From contig BCGN01000008.1 of assembly GCA_001599295.1 (NCBI GenBank), positions 744,001-808,000 of the forward strand: 64,000 bases of DNA. Reading direction: 5' to 3'. The notes under the pieces are model-generated. The model was not told the origin of the DNA. It did no database searches and worked only from the letters and a program-made list of their open reading frames with translations. The stretch comes from Sporopachydermia quercuum. Taxonomy: Eukaryota. This document shows, piece by piece, positions 1 to 12,005 of this stretch. The number at the start of each line of letters is the position of its first letter. Position 1 is the stretch's first letter. Position numbers and translations under genes: made by a program.

Positions 1-3000
1 ATTTTGAATGTATATTGTTGTATATTAAAAATTAGTTTTTGTAAATGGAAGTCTGGATAACTGTTTGCTTTACTCTGCACTCCTCTGAGAGTATTGAGTA
101 TTAATAGAATAGTGGTAAAACGACGAAGCCTATGGCAACATTCCCTACCCTGCTTCATTAGTAGTAGTGAATCATTGGAGCAACCATCTGTAGTTTTTTT
201 CCTTCTTCCGCTAGAAAATGTAACCTTTATAACTTCCTACATATTCCAAGACTTTCCTCATTACATTCACCACTGTGATTGTTATTATCAATGGTTCGTA
301 GCCATCTATTCATCGCATGTAACAAAATTTAGCCGCCTTGATTTCATGTCCAAATTTGTTTAGTATTCCGTGATTAGAAATAGAGTCTGGTTCAGGAAGG
401 TTGTTTCTTTATTGGGTAAGTCATTTTGCTTTTCGTTTTCCCAATATCTTTTCCGAAGCTCCAACAGGTTCAAACAATCAAACGGAGAACATAGGCATAG
501 CAAGAGAAGAATTACAAAAAAAAAGAGTCAAAGTAATAAATAAATAAAAAAAATAAAAAAAAAATTATTAGTAGAAGAAATTAATGGGTCAATATAACAA
601 TTTGGAAATCTTTGGAGGAATTCAGAGGACGGAGACCACGCAGATAAGTTTAGTTGTAGTAATCAAGTAGAATAGTAAGTGTAATTGTTGCTCTAGCTTC
701 TAAAGAGAAGGAAGACTATGAGCTTTCAGCAGGGAGTGATATCTTTTAGAATATACGATCAAGAACATAAGTTTTGAGCATATCTACTGGGTAGAACAAA
801 TAAAGAACTATGCATGATCCGTAAGAAGTGTAGGTACATTTCTGAAAACCGTTTGCTCTTGACAACTGGCCAACCAGAAATCTAATCTTTCCACATGATC
901 AAGGTGAATGCACCGAGCATAAAGCCATAGGAACTTCTTACTATTGCTGTCAAAAATGACAGTCACAAGATTTGGAGTTTTCCTAACAACGCAACATCGT
1001 CCTTACACATTCCGTACCAATGTTTCACATACTATTCTATCAATCAATCGCTTCATTTGACCTGGAGAATACCGTAAAATGCTAAAAGCAAATGATCTGC
1101 AATAGTCTTAATACAGATACTAGAAATGATAGGACGCAACTGAAAATCTTTAAGCGTCTAACTATAACCTTTGCTTTTCCTATCCATAATTGGTACCTGA
1201 TTCGCTTTCAACCAATGACGCTTACTGGCGTAAGCATTCTTGAAAAAATGAAAAATTTGATTCGAGAATCTCAAAGGTTAGAGTTTGGAACAAGTGCATG
1301 ACTTTAGCTTAACTTAAATATTGGGTTCCAGACTTATTATATAAACATATGCAATACATCTGCAAAGCAACTGATAGGTGACAAACTTTAAAAGTCGAGA
1401 TTTTTATCCATTTTGTGGCAAAAGATGATTATAGCTACTCATCAGAAACCCAGTACAATGTATTGAATAAAAAAAGAGAGAAATAGCAGAACTTCTTTAT
1501 TCTCTCAGCCTGTCTCTATTCATTTGATTTTCATATATTACTCTTTGGTGTTATGTGCCAATTCATATTTTCCATTTAGGGTTCTCCAACTCATTCTTAC
1601 CAAATCCGGACAGAAGGTAAATTTCAGGCATTAACTCTAGTACTTAGAGTTATAACACAACTACTCTTCTAGGTACAATCCGATCTTTAAAGAATCAATA
1701 TTACATTCAGNTATACTGCATATATGGTTTGGATTTTAAGTATAACGGCCAACTGAGGGGCAAAAGACAGCATTAAGATCAGAAGAGGTTCATAATGAGA
1801 TCAGAGGAGTTCGGCTAATACGCTCTATAATTGATTTTATTGGTTGAAAAGAATCTGAGAACAGAAAATAGATTACATAGATACCTAACCAACGTTATGA
1901 TGAAAAAAAGTTACAGTACTTTTTGTCGTGTACTATATTCCATTATTAATTAATATTAAACAAACTTGTTAATAATTTCTTTCTTCCATAGCTTGAGTGG
2001 CTATTCGAGTTCAACTTTCATTCCTTATCTTCATTCTATGCAACTGATGGGACTATTACAATTGCGAGTTACTTACTACCAGTCAATTCATAAAACGGTT
2101 CTCATTGTTTTGGGGAAAAATTTTCAATTCTAAAAGAACAATAAGCTAAATATTTCCTATTCAGGTTTAAAAAAGGCATAAACCGTAGTGATCGGGTTCC
2201 CATTAAAAGTAGCGTTAAATTAAGTATAACCGGTTTTCTGCATCTTTTGCTTTCTTGATTTAGTTGATTTAGTTGATCATAGCAATTTTACATGCAATAA
2301 CGTCCTACTAGAGTTGGAACCTAAATTATTTAGTTTGAATAAGGTTCATTGAATGTCCCACTGTAGTAAATCAAAGAAGACTGCCGAAAAGTTTGTTGCG
2401 GTGTGAAATCATAAATTGTTACACCAGAAGTAAAAGACAATAGAAAACAATGAGCAGGTTAGTGAATATGATTCAACTTTGTTTGACTTAACCTACGGAC
2501 ATTGATATCGTAATACATAGAATCTCTTCAAAAAGTCAATAGCTGTGTGATACTATTTTACATTATCGACTTTTCGAGTAGGCGAATGACTGAATCATAC
2601 TTTGAAATTTTAAATGCCTTGCAGCATTTAGTACCAAATCCAAGCTGTTTATCAACGTTTCATTGAACGTTATTGCTTTTCACTATGTACATGCAAATAT
2701 CTAATGTTTCCTATCGTAACCACATTTAAATCTTATTCTCGTAACTTGATAAAGCAGATGAAAAGTCGAAAAGCCGCTGAGAAGCTATGAGAAGCAAAAT
2801 AACAACGGAGGTGGGTATTTGATCAAACAATATTGTTTGGTATAATGAATTATATATACTTTTCATAAAAGAGAATACATTACTAATCACTGGTTGCATC
2901 TGAGAATCTTCAGCATCGAGTGACAATATATAAATGGAAAGGAAGTGAATAATCAAAATCGACTGGCTTGCACTAATTTTACCCCATCTTTCTCACACAA

Positions 3001-3424
3001 AGCTGTGCTTACAATAAATGTTAGTTATAGTGCTCCAGATGCTGAGAGTTTCAATTCAAATGTCAGTTTGAATAAACTCGAATTGTTGTATTCATTAAAG
3101 AAATTCAAACATGGAATATAAACAACAGGTAAAAGAACCGTTGAAAAGCAACTTCTTTTAACTATTTTCCAACTTCCTTTTATTGAACGGCGTACTTATT
3201 GCACATCTGGTAATAGGGTAATAAATACATCGAACATTTACTCAAATTGAACGCTTTAGTAGTTTCACTTGCAAAACATTAGTAGAGACATAATTATTTA
3301 ACTAGTTTCAACGTCTTTTTCCTAACCTGAACTTTCTATCACTAACTTGATTTCACACTAAACAATATTCCGTGTATTTATTTCATTATCCACGTATTCA
3401 TCCGAAATCATTACTTTGATCCTA

Positions 3425-4031
3425 GAGTCAAGTAATACTCCCACTATCAGCGAATATTTCATTTCACCTATTCAATCATATCTTTCAATTTTTTTCTCCT
3501 TCAATAAAGTTTGAAACTCTAACCTAATACTTNATTTCCATCATAAACTCTATTTTGCATTCTCATTCTCAAGATTCCATTTTTTCCCACTCTTTGAATT
3601 TTTCACTTGCTATTGAAAGCTATAAATAATATACATTTCCCTTTGTATGCTTTTCTGTATGATTATTGTTGTATGGCTTGACTTTTGTATTCCTTTCTTT
3701 TATCTCTCTTTCTTAGTTGTTCTTTTGTTCATCCTTTTATCCTTCTTACTGTGTTTTGCATTAGAAATATACATAGTTATCAAATCATATTTAAGACTCA
3801 GGTCCAACAGTAAGGAATATATAATCAGATTGGTTCTTTTAATTATTCACATCTATTCTTTATCAATACTATTATAACAAGGATCACACATAACGATAAT
3901 CCTGATCATCTTAACTAGTAGCTCGTGTATTATTTCAAACAAGATATACACATTTATCTCTGGTTATTAATTGTACTTCTATTCCATCTAGAAATCAATA
4001 TTTTTTTTTGAGTTATAATAGAAACGAGTCA
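3425..4031. promoter_or_regulatory. Two GAGTCA (TGACTC) Gcn4-type cores upstream of GLT1
   Basis: GAGTCA at 3425-3430 and 4026-4031. GLT1 is Gcn4-responsive in S. cerevisiae, but hexamers can occur by chance. Confidence 0.35.
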
Positions 4032-4150
4032 AAAAGGTATATTATATATTTCATTTTTCACTTTGGAATCAATAACTCTCATTGTTGAATTCAAATCGGC
4101 TGAAGAAAACAACATTTTCTAACAAGTTTTTCTTAGAAATAATCGTTCCT

Positions 4151-7100
4151 ATGACACAAGAAGTTGAAATTAAACAAAATGAATCCAACGTAGCAGAGGA
4201 AGTTTCTGTCTATAAATACCAAGAATCAAAAGATAATAAATCATGGGCCTCAGCACTTCCTATGAAACAAGGTCTTTATGACCCAGATTTCGAAAAGGAT
4301 GCATGTGGTGTTGGTTTTGCATGCCATATCAAAGGTGATGTATCTCATAAGATTGTTAGCGATGCTAAGAATTTATTGTGTAATATGACCCACAGAGGTG
4401 CCGTTGGTTCTGATGCTAGGGATGGTGATGGTGCTGGTGTAATGACATCAATTCCTCATAAATTCATGAAGAAAGAATTTGAAAGAGAAAACGACTTCGA
4501 ATTACCACCATTGGGTCAATACGCCGTTGGTAACCTTTTCTTCAAAAATGATGATGAAGTATTGGTTCAATCAAAGACAACTTTTGAAACTATCGCCAAA
4601 TCTTTAGGCCTCAGAGTTCTTGGCTGGAGAGAAGTTCCAAGAGATTCTTCCATTCTTGGCCCTGCTGCTTTGAGTAGAGAACCACTGGTATTGCAACCTG
4701 TTGTTGTTTTAATTGATTCATATGGTGAGAATACTAATAGGCCACTTTTAATAAATGAGTCTGAATTTGAAACTAAATTTGAGAAGCTTTTCGAACGACA
4801 ATTATATGTACTGAGAAAAGTGTCTACTCATACTATTGGCCTTCACAATTGGTTCTATATTTGCTCTCTGTCAAATAAGAACATTGTTTATAAAGGTCAA
4901 TTAGTACCTGCTCAAGTTTATAACTATTATTATGATTTAGTTAATGTTGATTATGAAGCTCATTTCGCTTTAGTTCATTCAAGATTTTCAACAAATACTT
5001 TTCCCTCATGGGATAGAGCTCAACCTTTGAGATGGGCTGCTCATAATGGTGAAATCAACACATTGAGAGGTAATAAGAATTGGATGAGAGCAAGAGAAGG
5101 TGTCATGGCATCAGCTTTATTTGGTGAAGAACTTGATAAGCTTTATCCAATTATTGAAGAAGGTGGATCAGATTCTGCTGCCTTTGATAACGTTTTAGAA
5201 TTATTAGTTATCAATGGTGTATTATCATTACCTGAAGCTGTTATGATTCTTGTTCCTGAAGCATGGCAAAATAATACTAATATGGATCCTAAAAAGAGAG
5301 CATTTTACGAATGGGCTGCTTGTCTCATGGAACCTTGGGATGGTCCTGGTTTGTTTACTTTTGCTGATGGTAGATACTGTGGTGCCAATTTAGATCGTAA
5401 TGGTTTGCGACCCTGTAGATATTATGTCACTGACGATGATCGTATGATCTGTGCTTCTGAAGTTGGTGTTATTCATATTGAACCTGAAAAAGTTTTATTA
5501 AAAGGTCGTTTAAGACCTGGAAGAATGCTTCTAGTAGATACAAAGGAAGGTAGAATTGTCGACGATAAAGAACTGAAATCGAAGGTTGCTTCCCGGTTTG
5601 ATTTCAAATCTTGGGTCATTGGTAACATGATCACTATGCCTGATATCTTAAGCAAATTGGAATCAAAGAACGTTGAATTGATGGAGTTAATTCCTAAACC
5701 AACAAGCGACAAGGTTCAAGCCGATCCAAGGTTATTAGCATTTGGCTATTCTCACGAACAACTATCTCTTATTTTAGCACCTATGGGACAAGATGGAAAA
5801 GAAGCCTTAGGTTCTATGGGTAATGACGCTCCTTTAGCATGTTTATCAGAACAGCCAAAATTGATCTATGAGTATTTCCGTCAATTGTTTGCTCAAGTAA
5901 CAAACCCTCCTATTGATCCAATCAGAGAATCTATCGTTATGTCTTTAGAGTGTTACATTGGTCCCCAAGGTAATTTATTGGAAATGAAAGCAAGTCAGTG
6001 TAATAGACTATTAATGCCATCGCCAATTCTTTCCACCGAAGAATTCATTGCTATCAAGAACATCAATACTGTTTATCCCAAATGGTCAGTATGCAATATT
6101 GATATCACCTTCCCTAAATCGGAAGGTTTATTAGGATACACTGCTGCTTTGGATAGAATCTGTCAAGAAGCTTCTGAAGCCATCATTTCAAATGATCAAA
6201 TCATCGTTTTATCTGATAGAGCAACTAATGCTGAAAGAGTTCCTGTGTCCTCTTTAATTGCTTGTGGTGCGGTTCATCATCATTTAGTTCGTCAAAAGCA
6301 AAGATCTAAGGTTGCTCTAATTGTTGAGACTGCTGAAGCCAAGGAAGTTCACCATATGTGTGTTTTACTTGGTTATGGCTGTGATGCTATCAATCCTTAT
6401 TTAGCAATTGAAACATTAGTTAAAATGAGCCATGAAGGTCTGCTCAAACAAGAATTATCTGATGACCAAATCACTGAAAACTATAAGCATTCTATTGATG
6501 GTGGCATATTAAAAGTAATGTCGAAGATGGGTATTTCCACATTGGCTTCTTATAAAGGTGCTCAAATTTTTGAAGCTCTTGGTATTGATAATTCTGTTGT
6601 TGATCAATGTTTTGCTGGTACTGCATCAAGAATCAAAGGTATCACATTCGAGTATATTGCTCAAGATGCTTTCACTTTACATGAACAAGGGTATCCTTCA
6701 AGAGTAACTGTGAAACCAACTGGTTTACCAGAAACTGGTGAATATCATTGGAGAGATGGTGGTGATATGCATGTGAATGAACCAAGTGCTATTGCTAATA
6801 TTCAAGATGCAGTTAGAAATAAGAACGAGAAAGCTTATGAAGCTTATTCTAAGAAAGAATATGAAGCTATCAAAAACTGCACTTTACGCGGGTTATTAGA
6901 CTTTGATTTTGAGAGTTCTACTCCAGTTCCAATTGATCAAGTTGAGCCATGGACAGAAATCGTTCGTAGATTTGTCACTGGTGCTATGTCTTATGGATCA
7001 ATTTCAATGGAAGCACATTCTACTTTGGCAGTAGCAATGAATAGATTAGGAGGTAAATCCAATACTGGTGAAGGTGGTGAAGATTCAGAACGGTCTTTTG

Positions 7101-10100
7101 TTAATGACAATGGTGATACTATGCGATCTGCTATCAAGCAAGTGGCTTCAGGTAGATTTGGTGTAACTTCTCATTATCTATCTGATGCCGATGAATTACA
7201 GATCAAAATGGCTCAAGGTGCTAAGCCTGGTGAAGGTGGTGAATTACCTGGTCATAAAGTATCTCAGCAAATTGGTAAAACGAGGCATTCTACTCCTGGC
7301 GTTGGATTGATTTCTCCTCCCCCTCATCATGATATTTATTCAATTGAGGATTTGAAACAGTTGATCTATGACTTGAAATGCTCAAACCCCAGAGCAAGAG
7401 TCTCTGTCAAGCTTGTATCGGAAGTTGGGGTTGGTATTATTGCTTCTGGTGTTGCGAAGGCCAAAGCTGATCATATTCTTATCTCTGGTCATGACGGTGG
7501 CACTGGTGCTTCTAGATGGACTGGTATCAAGAACGCTGGTTTGCCATGGGAATTGGGTCTTGCTGAGACTCATCAAACCCTTGTTTTAAACGATTTAAGA
7601 GGTCGTGTTGTTGTTCAAACTGATGGTCAAATTAGAACAGGTAGGGACATTGCCGTTGCTTGTTTACTAGGTGCTGAAGAATGGGGTTTCGCTACTACTC
7701 CTTTGATTACTATGGGTTGTATCATGATGAGAAAATGCCACTTGAATACTTGTCCTGTTGGTATTGCTACTCAGGATCCTGAATTACGTAAGAAGTTCCA
7801 AGGTACCCCTGAGCACGTGATCAATTTCTTCTATTATCTTGCTAACGAATTGAGAACTTATATGGCAAAACTTGGGTTCAGAACTATCAACGAAATGGTT
7901 GGTCGTGCTGAGAAATTGAAAGTTCGTGAAGATTTGAGAAATACTAAGACTGCTAATATTGATTTGTCACCAATCTTAACGCCTGCTCATAGCATCAGAC
8001 CTGGTGTTGCTACTAGAAATGTTCGTAAGCAAGATCATAGACTTCATGTTAGATTGGATAATAAGCTTATAGATGAGTCTGAAATCACTCTTGATAAAGG
8101 ATTACCTGTTACAATTGAAGGAGAGATCATTAATACTGATCGTGCTTTGGGTTCAACTTTATCTTACCGTGTTTCTAAACGATTTGGTGAAAAAGGTTTA
8201 CCTCATGATACCATTCATGTTAACTTAGTTGGTAATGCTGGTCAATCATTTGGTGCCTATTTAGCTCCTGGTATCACCTTGGAATTAGAGGGTGATGCTA
8301 ATGACTATGTTGGAAAAGGTCTATCTGGTGGTAGATTAATTATATATCCCCCAAAATCTTCAGTATTCAAAGCGGAAGAGAATATGATCATTGGTAACAC
8401 TTGTTTATACGGGGCAACCTCTGGTACAGCCTTTTTCTCTGGCATTGCTGCTGAAAGATTTGCTGTACGTAACTCTGGTGCTACTGCTGTTGTCGAAGGC
8501 TGTGGTGATCATGGTTGTGAATATATGACCGGTGGTAGAGTTGTTATTCTTGGTTCTACAGGTAGAAATTTTGCTGCAGGTATGTCTGGTGGTATTGCTT
8601 ATGTCTTGGACATGGGACAAGAGTTTGTTGACAATGTTAACACCGAAATGGTTGAATTAAGCGGATTGACTGATCCAAGCGAAATTGCCTTTGTCAGAGG
8701 TTTGATTGAAGATCATAGACATTACACAGGCTCTGAAATTGCAGATCGGGTTCTTAATGATTTCAACAGAATCTTTACAAAGTTCGTTAAAGTACTACCA
8801 ACTGATTATAAGAGGGTTCTAGAGGAAGAAGCAAAGAAGCTTGCTGAATTAAAGAAGAATGAAATCAATGGATTTTTACATCAAATCAAGGAAGATCCTG
8901 AAGCTGATATAACTAATGGCGAAGTTACCGGCAAGAAAAAGCGTTCCAGTGCTAAGCATGAACCTAAGGTTCAAGATGTTGAAGATACTATTCTTGATGT
9001 CAATGATGAATCAAGAAAAAGTACTATTGCTTTGAAACCATTGGATAAAGTCAAAGGATTCATGAAGTATAAGAGAAGAGCCGAGAAATACCGTGATAGT
9101 AAAACAAGAGTTAAGGATTGGGCAGAATTGTCTAACCGGCTAACTAAAGAAGAGTTGAACTATCAAACTGCTAGATGTATGGATTGTGGTGTCCCATTCT
9201 GCACTTCTGACACTGGTTGTCCTATTTCTAATGTTATTCCAAAATGGAATGAATTGGTTTTCAAGGATAGATGGTATGATGCTTTACAGCGATTACTGAT
9301 GACAAATAACTTCCCAGAATTCACTGGTAGAATTTGTCCTGCTCCTTGTGAAGGTGCCTGTGTTTTAGGCATTAATGAAGATCCTGTTGGTATTAAATCT
9401 GTCGAGGCCGCAATCATTGATCATGGTTGGGAAATGGGCTGGATCAAACCAAATCCCCCAGGGGTCCGTACCGGTAAGAAGGTTGCTGTTGTTGGTTCTG
9501 GTCCTGCAGGTTTAGCTGCTGCTGATCAATTAAACAGGGCTGGTCATTCAGTTACTGTCTATGAAAGATCGGATAGACCTGGTGGATTATTGATGTATGG
9601 TATTCCTAACATGAAACTTGATAAGAGAGTTGTTCTTAGAAGAATTAACCTCTTAAAGGAGGAAGGAGTTGATTTTGTCTGTAATACAACTATTGGCGAA
9701 GACATTTCTTCTGAAGAGTTGAAACAGTCTAATGATGCTGTTATCTTTTCTGTTGGTTCAACTATCCCAAGAGATTTGAAGATTCCTGGAAGAGAATTGA
9801 ATAACATTATGTTTGCTATGCAATTATTGAAATGGAACACTCAGTCCTTATTAAATGAAAACATGGATGAAGTCAGAGAACTTATCAAAGACAAGAAAGT
9901 TGTCGTCATTGGGGGTGGTGATACTGGTAACGATTGTTTGGGTACATCCGTCCGTCATGGAGCCAAATCAGTCATCAACTTTGAATTATTACCAAAACCA
10001 CCTGCTAAGAGAGCTAAGGATAATCCATGGCCTCAATGGCCAAGAATCTTCAGAGTTGATTATGGTCATACTGAAGTTCAAACTCATTACGGACGAGACC

Positions 10101-10552
10101 CTAGAGAATATTGCATTCTATCGAAGGAATTCATTGGTGATGAGGAAGGTAATGTTAAAGGTATCAAGACAGTTCGTGTTGAATGGAAGAGATCAGAATC
10201 AGGAGCATGGCAAATGGCAGAAGTTCCAGGATCCGAAGAACTTATTGATGCTGACTTGGTTTTATTGTCAATGGGTTTCGTTGGACCTGAAGCTCAAGCA
10301 TTGAACGTTGAAAGGGATGGTAGGGGCAACGTTAAAACTGTTTCACCAAGCAATTATAAAGTTGTTGATAATGTATTTGCTGCTGGTGATTGCAGAAGAG
10401 GTCAATCTTTAGTCGTTTGGGGTATTCAAGAGGGTAGACAATGTGCGAGAGAAGTTGATAATTATTTGATGGGCTCCACCAGATTACCAGGAAATGGTTC
10501 AATCGATAGAAGGAACTTCAAATTATTGGAAGAACTTGCTCATCAAGCATAA
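4151..10552 (+). CDS. GLT1: NADH-dependent glutamate synthase (GOGAT), fused large+small subunit, 2133 aa
   Basis: Contains the DACGVGF Ntn amidotransferase start, HSRFSTNTFPSW, GAMSYGSIS, the 3Fe-4S motif CIMMRKCHLNTCPVG, small-subunit Fe-S motifs (RCMDCGVPFC, GRICPAPCEGAC) and the Rossmann GSGPAG. First in-frame ATG is 4151; the track start at 4082 is TTG. Confidence 0.98.
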   Translation: MTQEVEIKQNESNVAEEVSVYKYQESKDNKSWASALPMKQGLYDPDFEKDACGVGFACHIKGDVSHKIVSDAKNLLCNMTHRGAVGSDARDGDGAGVMTSIPHKFMKKEFERENDFELPPLGQYAVGNLFFKNDDEVLVQSKTTFETIAKSLGLRVLGWREVPRDSSILGPAALSREPLVLQPVVVLIDSYGENTNRPLLINESEFETKFEKLFERQLYVLRKVSTHTIGLHNWFYICSLSNKNIVYKGQLVPAQVYNYYYDLVNVDYEAHFALVHSRFSTNTFPSWDRAQPLRWAAHNGEINTLRGNKNWMRAREGVMASALFGEELDKLYPIIEEGGSDSAAFDNVLELLVINGVLSLPEAVMILVPEAWQNNTNMDPKKRAFYEWAACLMEPWDGPGLFTFADGRYCGANLDRNGLRPCRYYVTDDDRMICASEVGVIHIEPEKVLLKGRLRPGRMLLVDTKEGRIVDDKELKSKVASRFDFKSWVIGNMITMPDILSKLESKNVELMELIPKPTSDKVQADPRLLAFGYSHEQLSLILAPMGQDGKEALGSMGNDAPLACLSEQPKLIYEYFRQLFAQVTNPPIDPIRESIVMSLECYIGPQGNLLEMKASQCNRLLMPSPILSTEEFIAIKNINTVYPKWSVCNIDITFPKSEGLLGYTAALDRICQEASEAIISNDQIIVLSDRATNAERVPVSSLIACGAVHHHLVRQKQRSKVALIVETAEAKEVHHMCVLLGYGCDAINPYLAIETLVKMSHEGLLKQELSDDQITENYKHSIDGGILKVMSKMGISTLASYKGAQIFEALGIDNSVVDQCFAGTASRIKGITFEYIAQDAFTLHEQGYPSRVTVKPTGLPETGEYHWRDGGDMHVNEPSAIANIQDAVRNKNEKAYEAYSKKEYEAIKNCTLRGLLDFDFESSTPVPIDQVEPWTEIVRRFVTGAMSYGSISMEAHSTLAVAMNRLGGKSNTGEGGEDSERSFVNDNGDTMRSAIKQVASGRFGVTSHYLSDADELQIKMAQGAKPGEGGELPGHKVSQQIGKTRHSTPGVGLISPPPHHDIYSIEDLKQLIYDLKCSNPRARVSVKLVSEVGVGIIASGVAKAKADHILISGHDGGTGASRWTGIKNAGLPWELGLAETHQTLVLNDLRGRVVVQTDGQIRTGRDIAVACLLGAEEWGFATTPLITMGCIMMRKCHLNTCPVGIATQDPELRKKFQGTPEHVINFFYYLANELRTYMAKLGFRTINEMVGRAEKLKVREDLRNTKTANIDLSPILTPAHSIRPGVATRNVRKQDHRLHVRLDNKLIDESEITLDKGLPVTIEGEIINTDRALGSTLSYRVSKRFGEKGLPHDTIHVNLVGNAGQSFGAYLAPGITLELEGDANDYVGKGLSGGRLIIYPPKSSVFKAEENMIIGNTCLYGATSGTAFFSGIAAERFAVRNSGATAVVEGCGDHGCEYMTGGRVVILGSTGRNFAAGMSGGIAYVLDMGQEFVDNVNTEMVELSGLTDPSEIAFVRGLIEDHRHYTGSEIADRVLNDFNRIFTKFVKVLPTDYKRVLEEEAKKLAELKKNEINGFLHQIKEDPEADITNGEVTGKKKRSSAKHEPKVQDVEDTILDVNDESRKSTIALKPLDKVKGFMKYKRRAEKYRDSKTRVKDWAELSNRLTKEELNYQTARCMDCGVPFCTSDTGCPISNVIPKWNELVFKDRWYDALQRLLMTNNFPEFTGRICPAPCEGACVLGINEDPVGIKSVEAAIIDHGWEMGWIKPNPPGVRTGKKVAVVGSGPAGLAAADQLNRAGHSVTVYERSDRPGGLLMYGIPNMKLDKRVVLRRINLLKEEGVDFVCNTTIGEDISSEELKQSNDAVIFSVGSTIPRDLKIPGRELNNIMFAMQLLKWNTQSLLNENMDEVRELIKDKKVVVIGGGDTGNDCLGTSVRHGAKSVINFELLPKPPAKRAKDNPWPQWPRIFRVDYGHTEVQTHYGRDPREYCILSKEFIGDEEGNVKGIKTVRVEWKRSESGAWQMAEVPGSEELIDADLVLLSMGFVGPEAQALNVERDGRGNVKTVSPSNYKVVDNVFAAGDCRRGQSLVVWGIQEGRQCAREVDNYLMGSTRLPGNGSIDRRNFKLLEELAHQA

Positions 10553-12005
10553 GTTTTTTTTGTTCTGTAGATAACATGGGAGATTGGAGAGGATTAAATA
10601 AAACTGTATTGATAATGAATAGATTTGTTTGATATTAAAAGTACGAAGTAAGAAGTAGTCTATAATAGTGTAGGAGCCCGAAAAGTCAATGATTCAACAT
10701 GACATGATTATCATCTACTTATTTAGTAACGAAGTCGTTCGTAATGCTGAATGTTCTATCGTTGAAATAATTATTGATTATCTTCAAAAGACAGTTAATA
10801 TACTGATTATCTTGATTATCTTGCTGTTTGAGAGAGAATGATATTCGCTTACCCATCAAATTATTCGTTCATCTCGAACATATTGACGACACACACTATA
10901 GGACTTCTACTTCTTTCTATATATATAGCGTACGTTTCCAATATACCAAAAAGAATTTTCATTATATGGTCTAACTCTTTGAAAACATCGATCTGTTATA
11001 TTTTGAACAAACAACGGCTAATTCAGTTGGTTTTTCATTCATTCTCCAGGACGAAACTCTTAGTTTGTCACATTATTCCTTTCTTATCTCAAGTATCTGC
11101 AGTAGATATCGTGACTTGCATAATCACCATCGAGTTATATATACGTAAGAATCATTATCATGTACATTGATATTGCACCTAAAGGAGTAGCTGATAAAAG
11201 AAACGGCATGCAAGGCTTATGCAGGATGATTAAGTTTGCTAAACTATCGTTATCTTTAATTATTTTAGTGAACGATGAAGAAGGGACATCTTTGGCAATT
11301 GACACACGAGGCTGGTTATCGTTTATAGAGTATTTTTTATGAAAAGCTATGGAGAAAAGCCAATAACTTTGAGTGCTGCTAGAGAGAGAATGCTTTTGGA
11401 TGTGATTGACCTCTCTTTCAGAACATTGGAGCAGGTACCGAAAGATATCGGAGGAGAAATCGCTTTATCAGGGAATCGTAATGATAGCTCTTTGATGGAA
11501 TGCCGCCCTAAAGAAATAGAAAACATCGTAAATTAGAATTGATGTTTACTATTGCACGTGGTAGTTTCATCCTTTTATCACTGTTTTGAATGGTTTGCTA
11601 TTCCTAAGGCTCACTATAATCGTAACACAGGGAGAAGACCTTGAGATATAATACCAGAACACGTACTGACTGAATCTTCAGCTGCTAAGGCAGGTTTTAT
11701 TACTATTTGAATCCATAAAACAACTGTTTCTATGTTGTTCTCACACCAGTAAGTTTAGACCCACTTAAGACTCAATTAACACTTTCTCACGTAGACTATT
11801 TGTCCTAATGACAAGGTTTGCTGAATCGATCACCATCAAATGTCTAATCCACTACAATAATAATAACCTGTTAAGTGATATATTAATTAAAACAATAAAA
11901 AAAATTAAGATATGATGAAGTGATAACAAATTAACACATAACTCATAAATATAAATCTGATAAAATTACATATTATTAATATCAGCTATAAATCAGCGAG
12001 ACTCT

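Noticed and set aside
1..3600. Short ORFs and small direct repeats in the 4-kb region before GLT1
   Set aside because: No recognisable domains, LTR (TG...CA) pairs or terminal inverted repeats; consistent with intergenic or promoter DNA.
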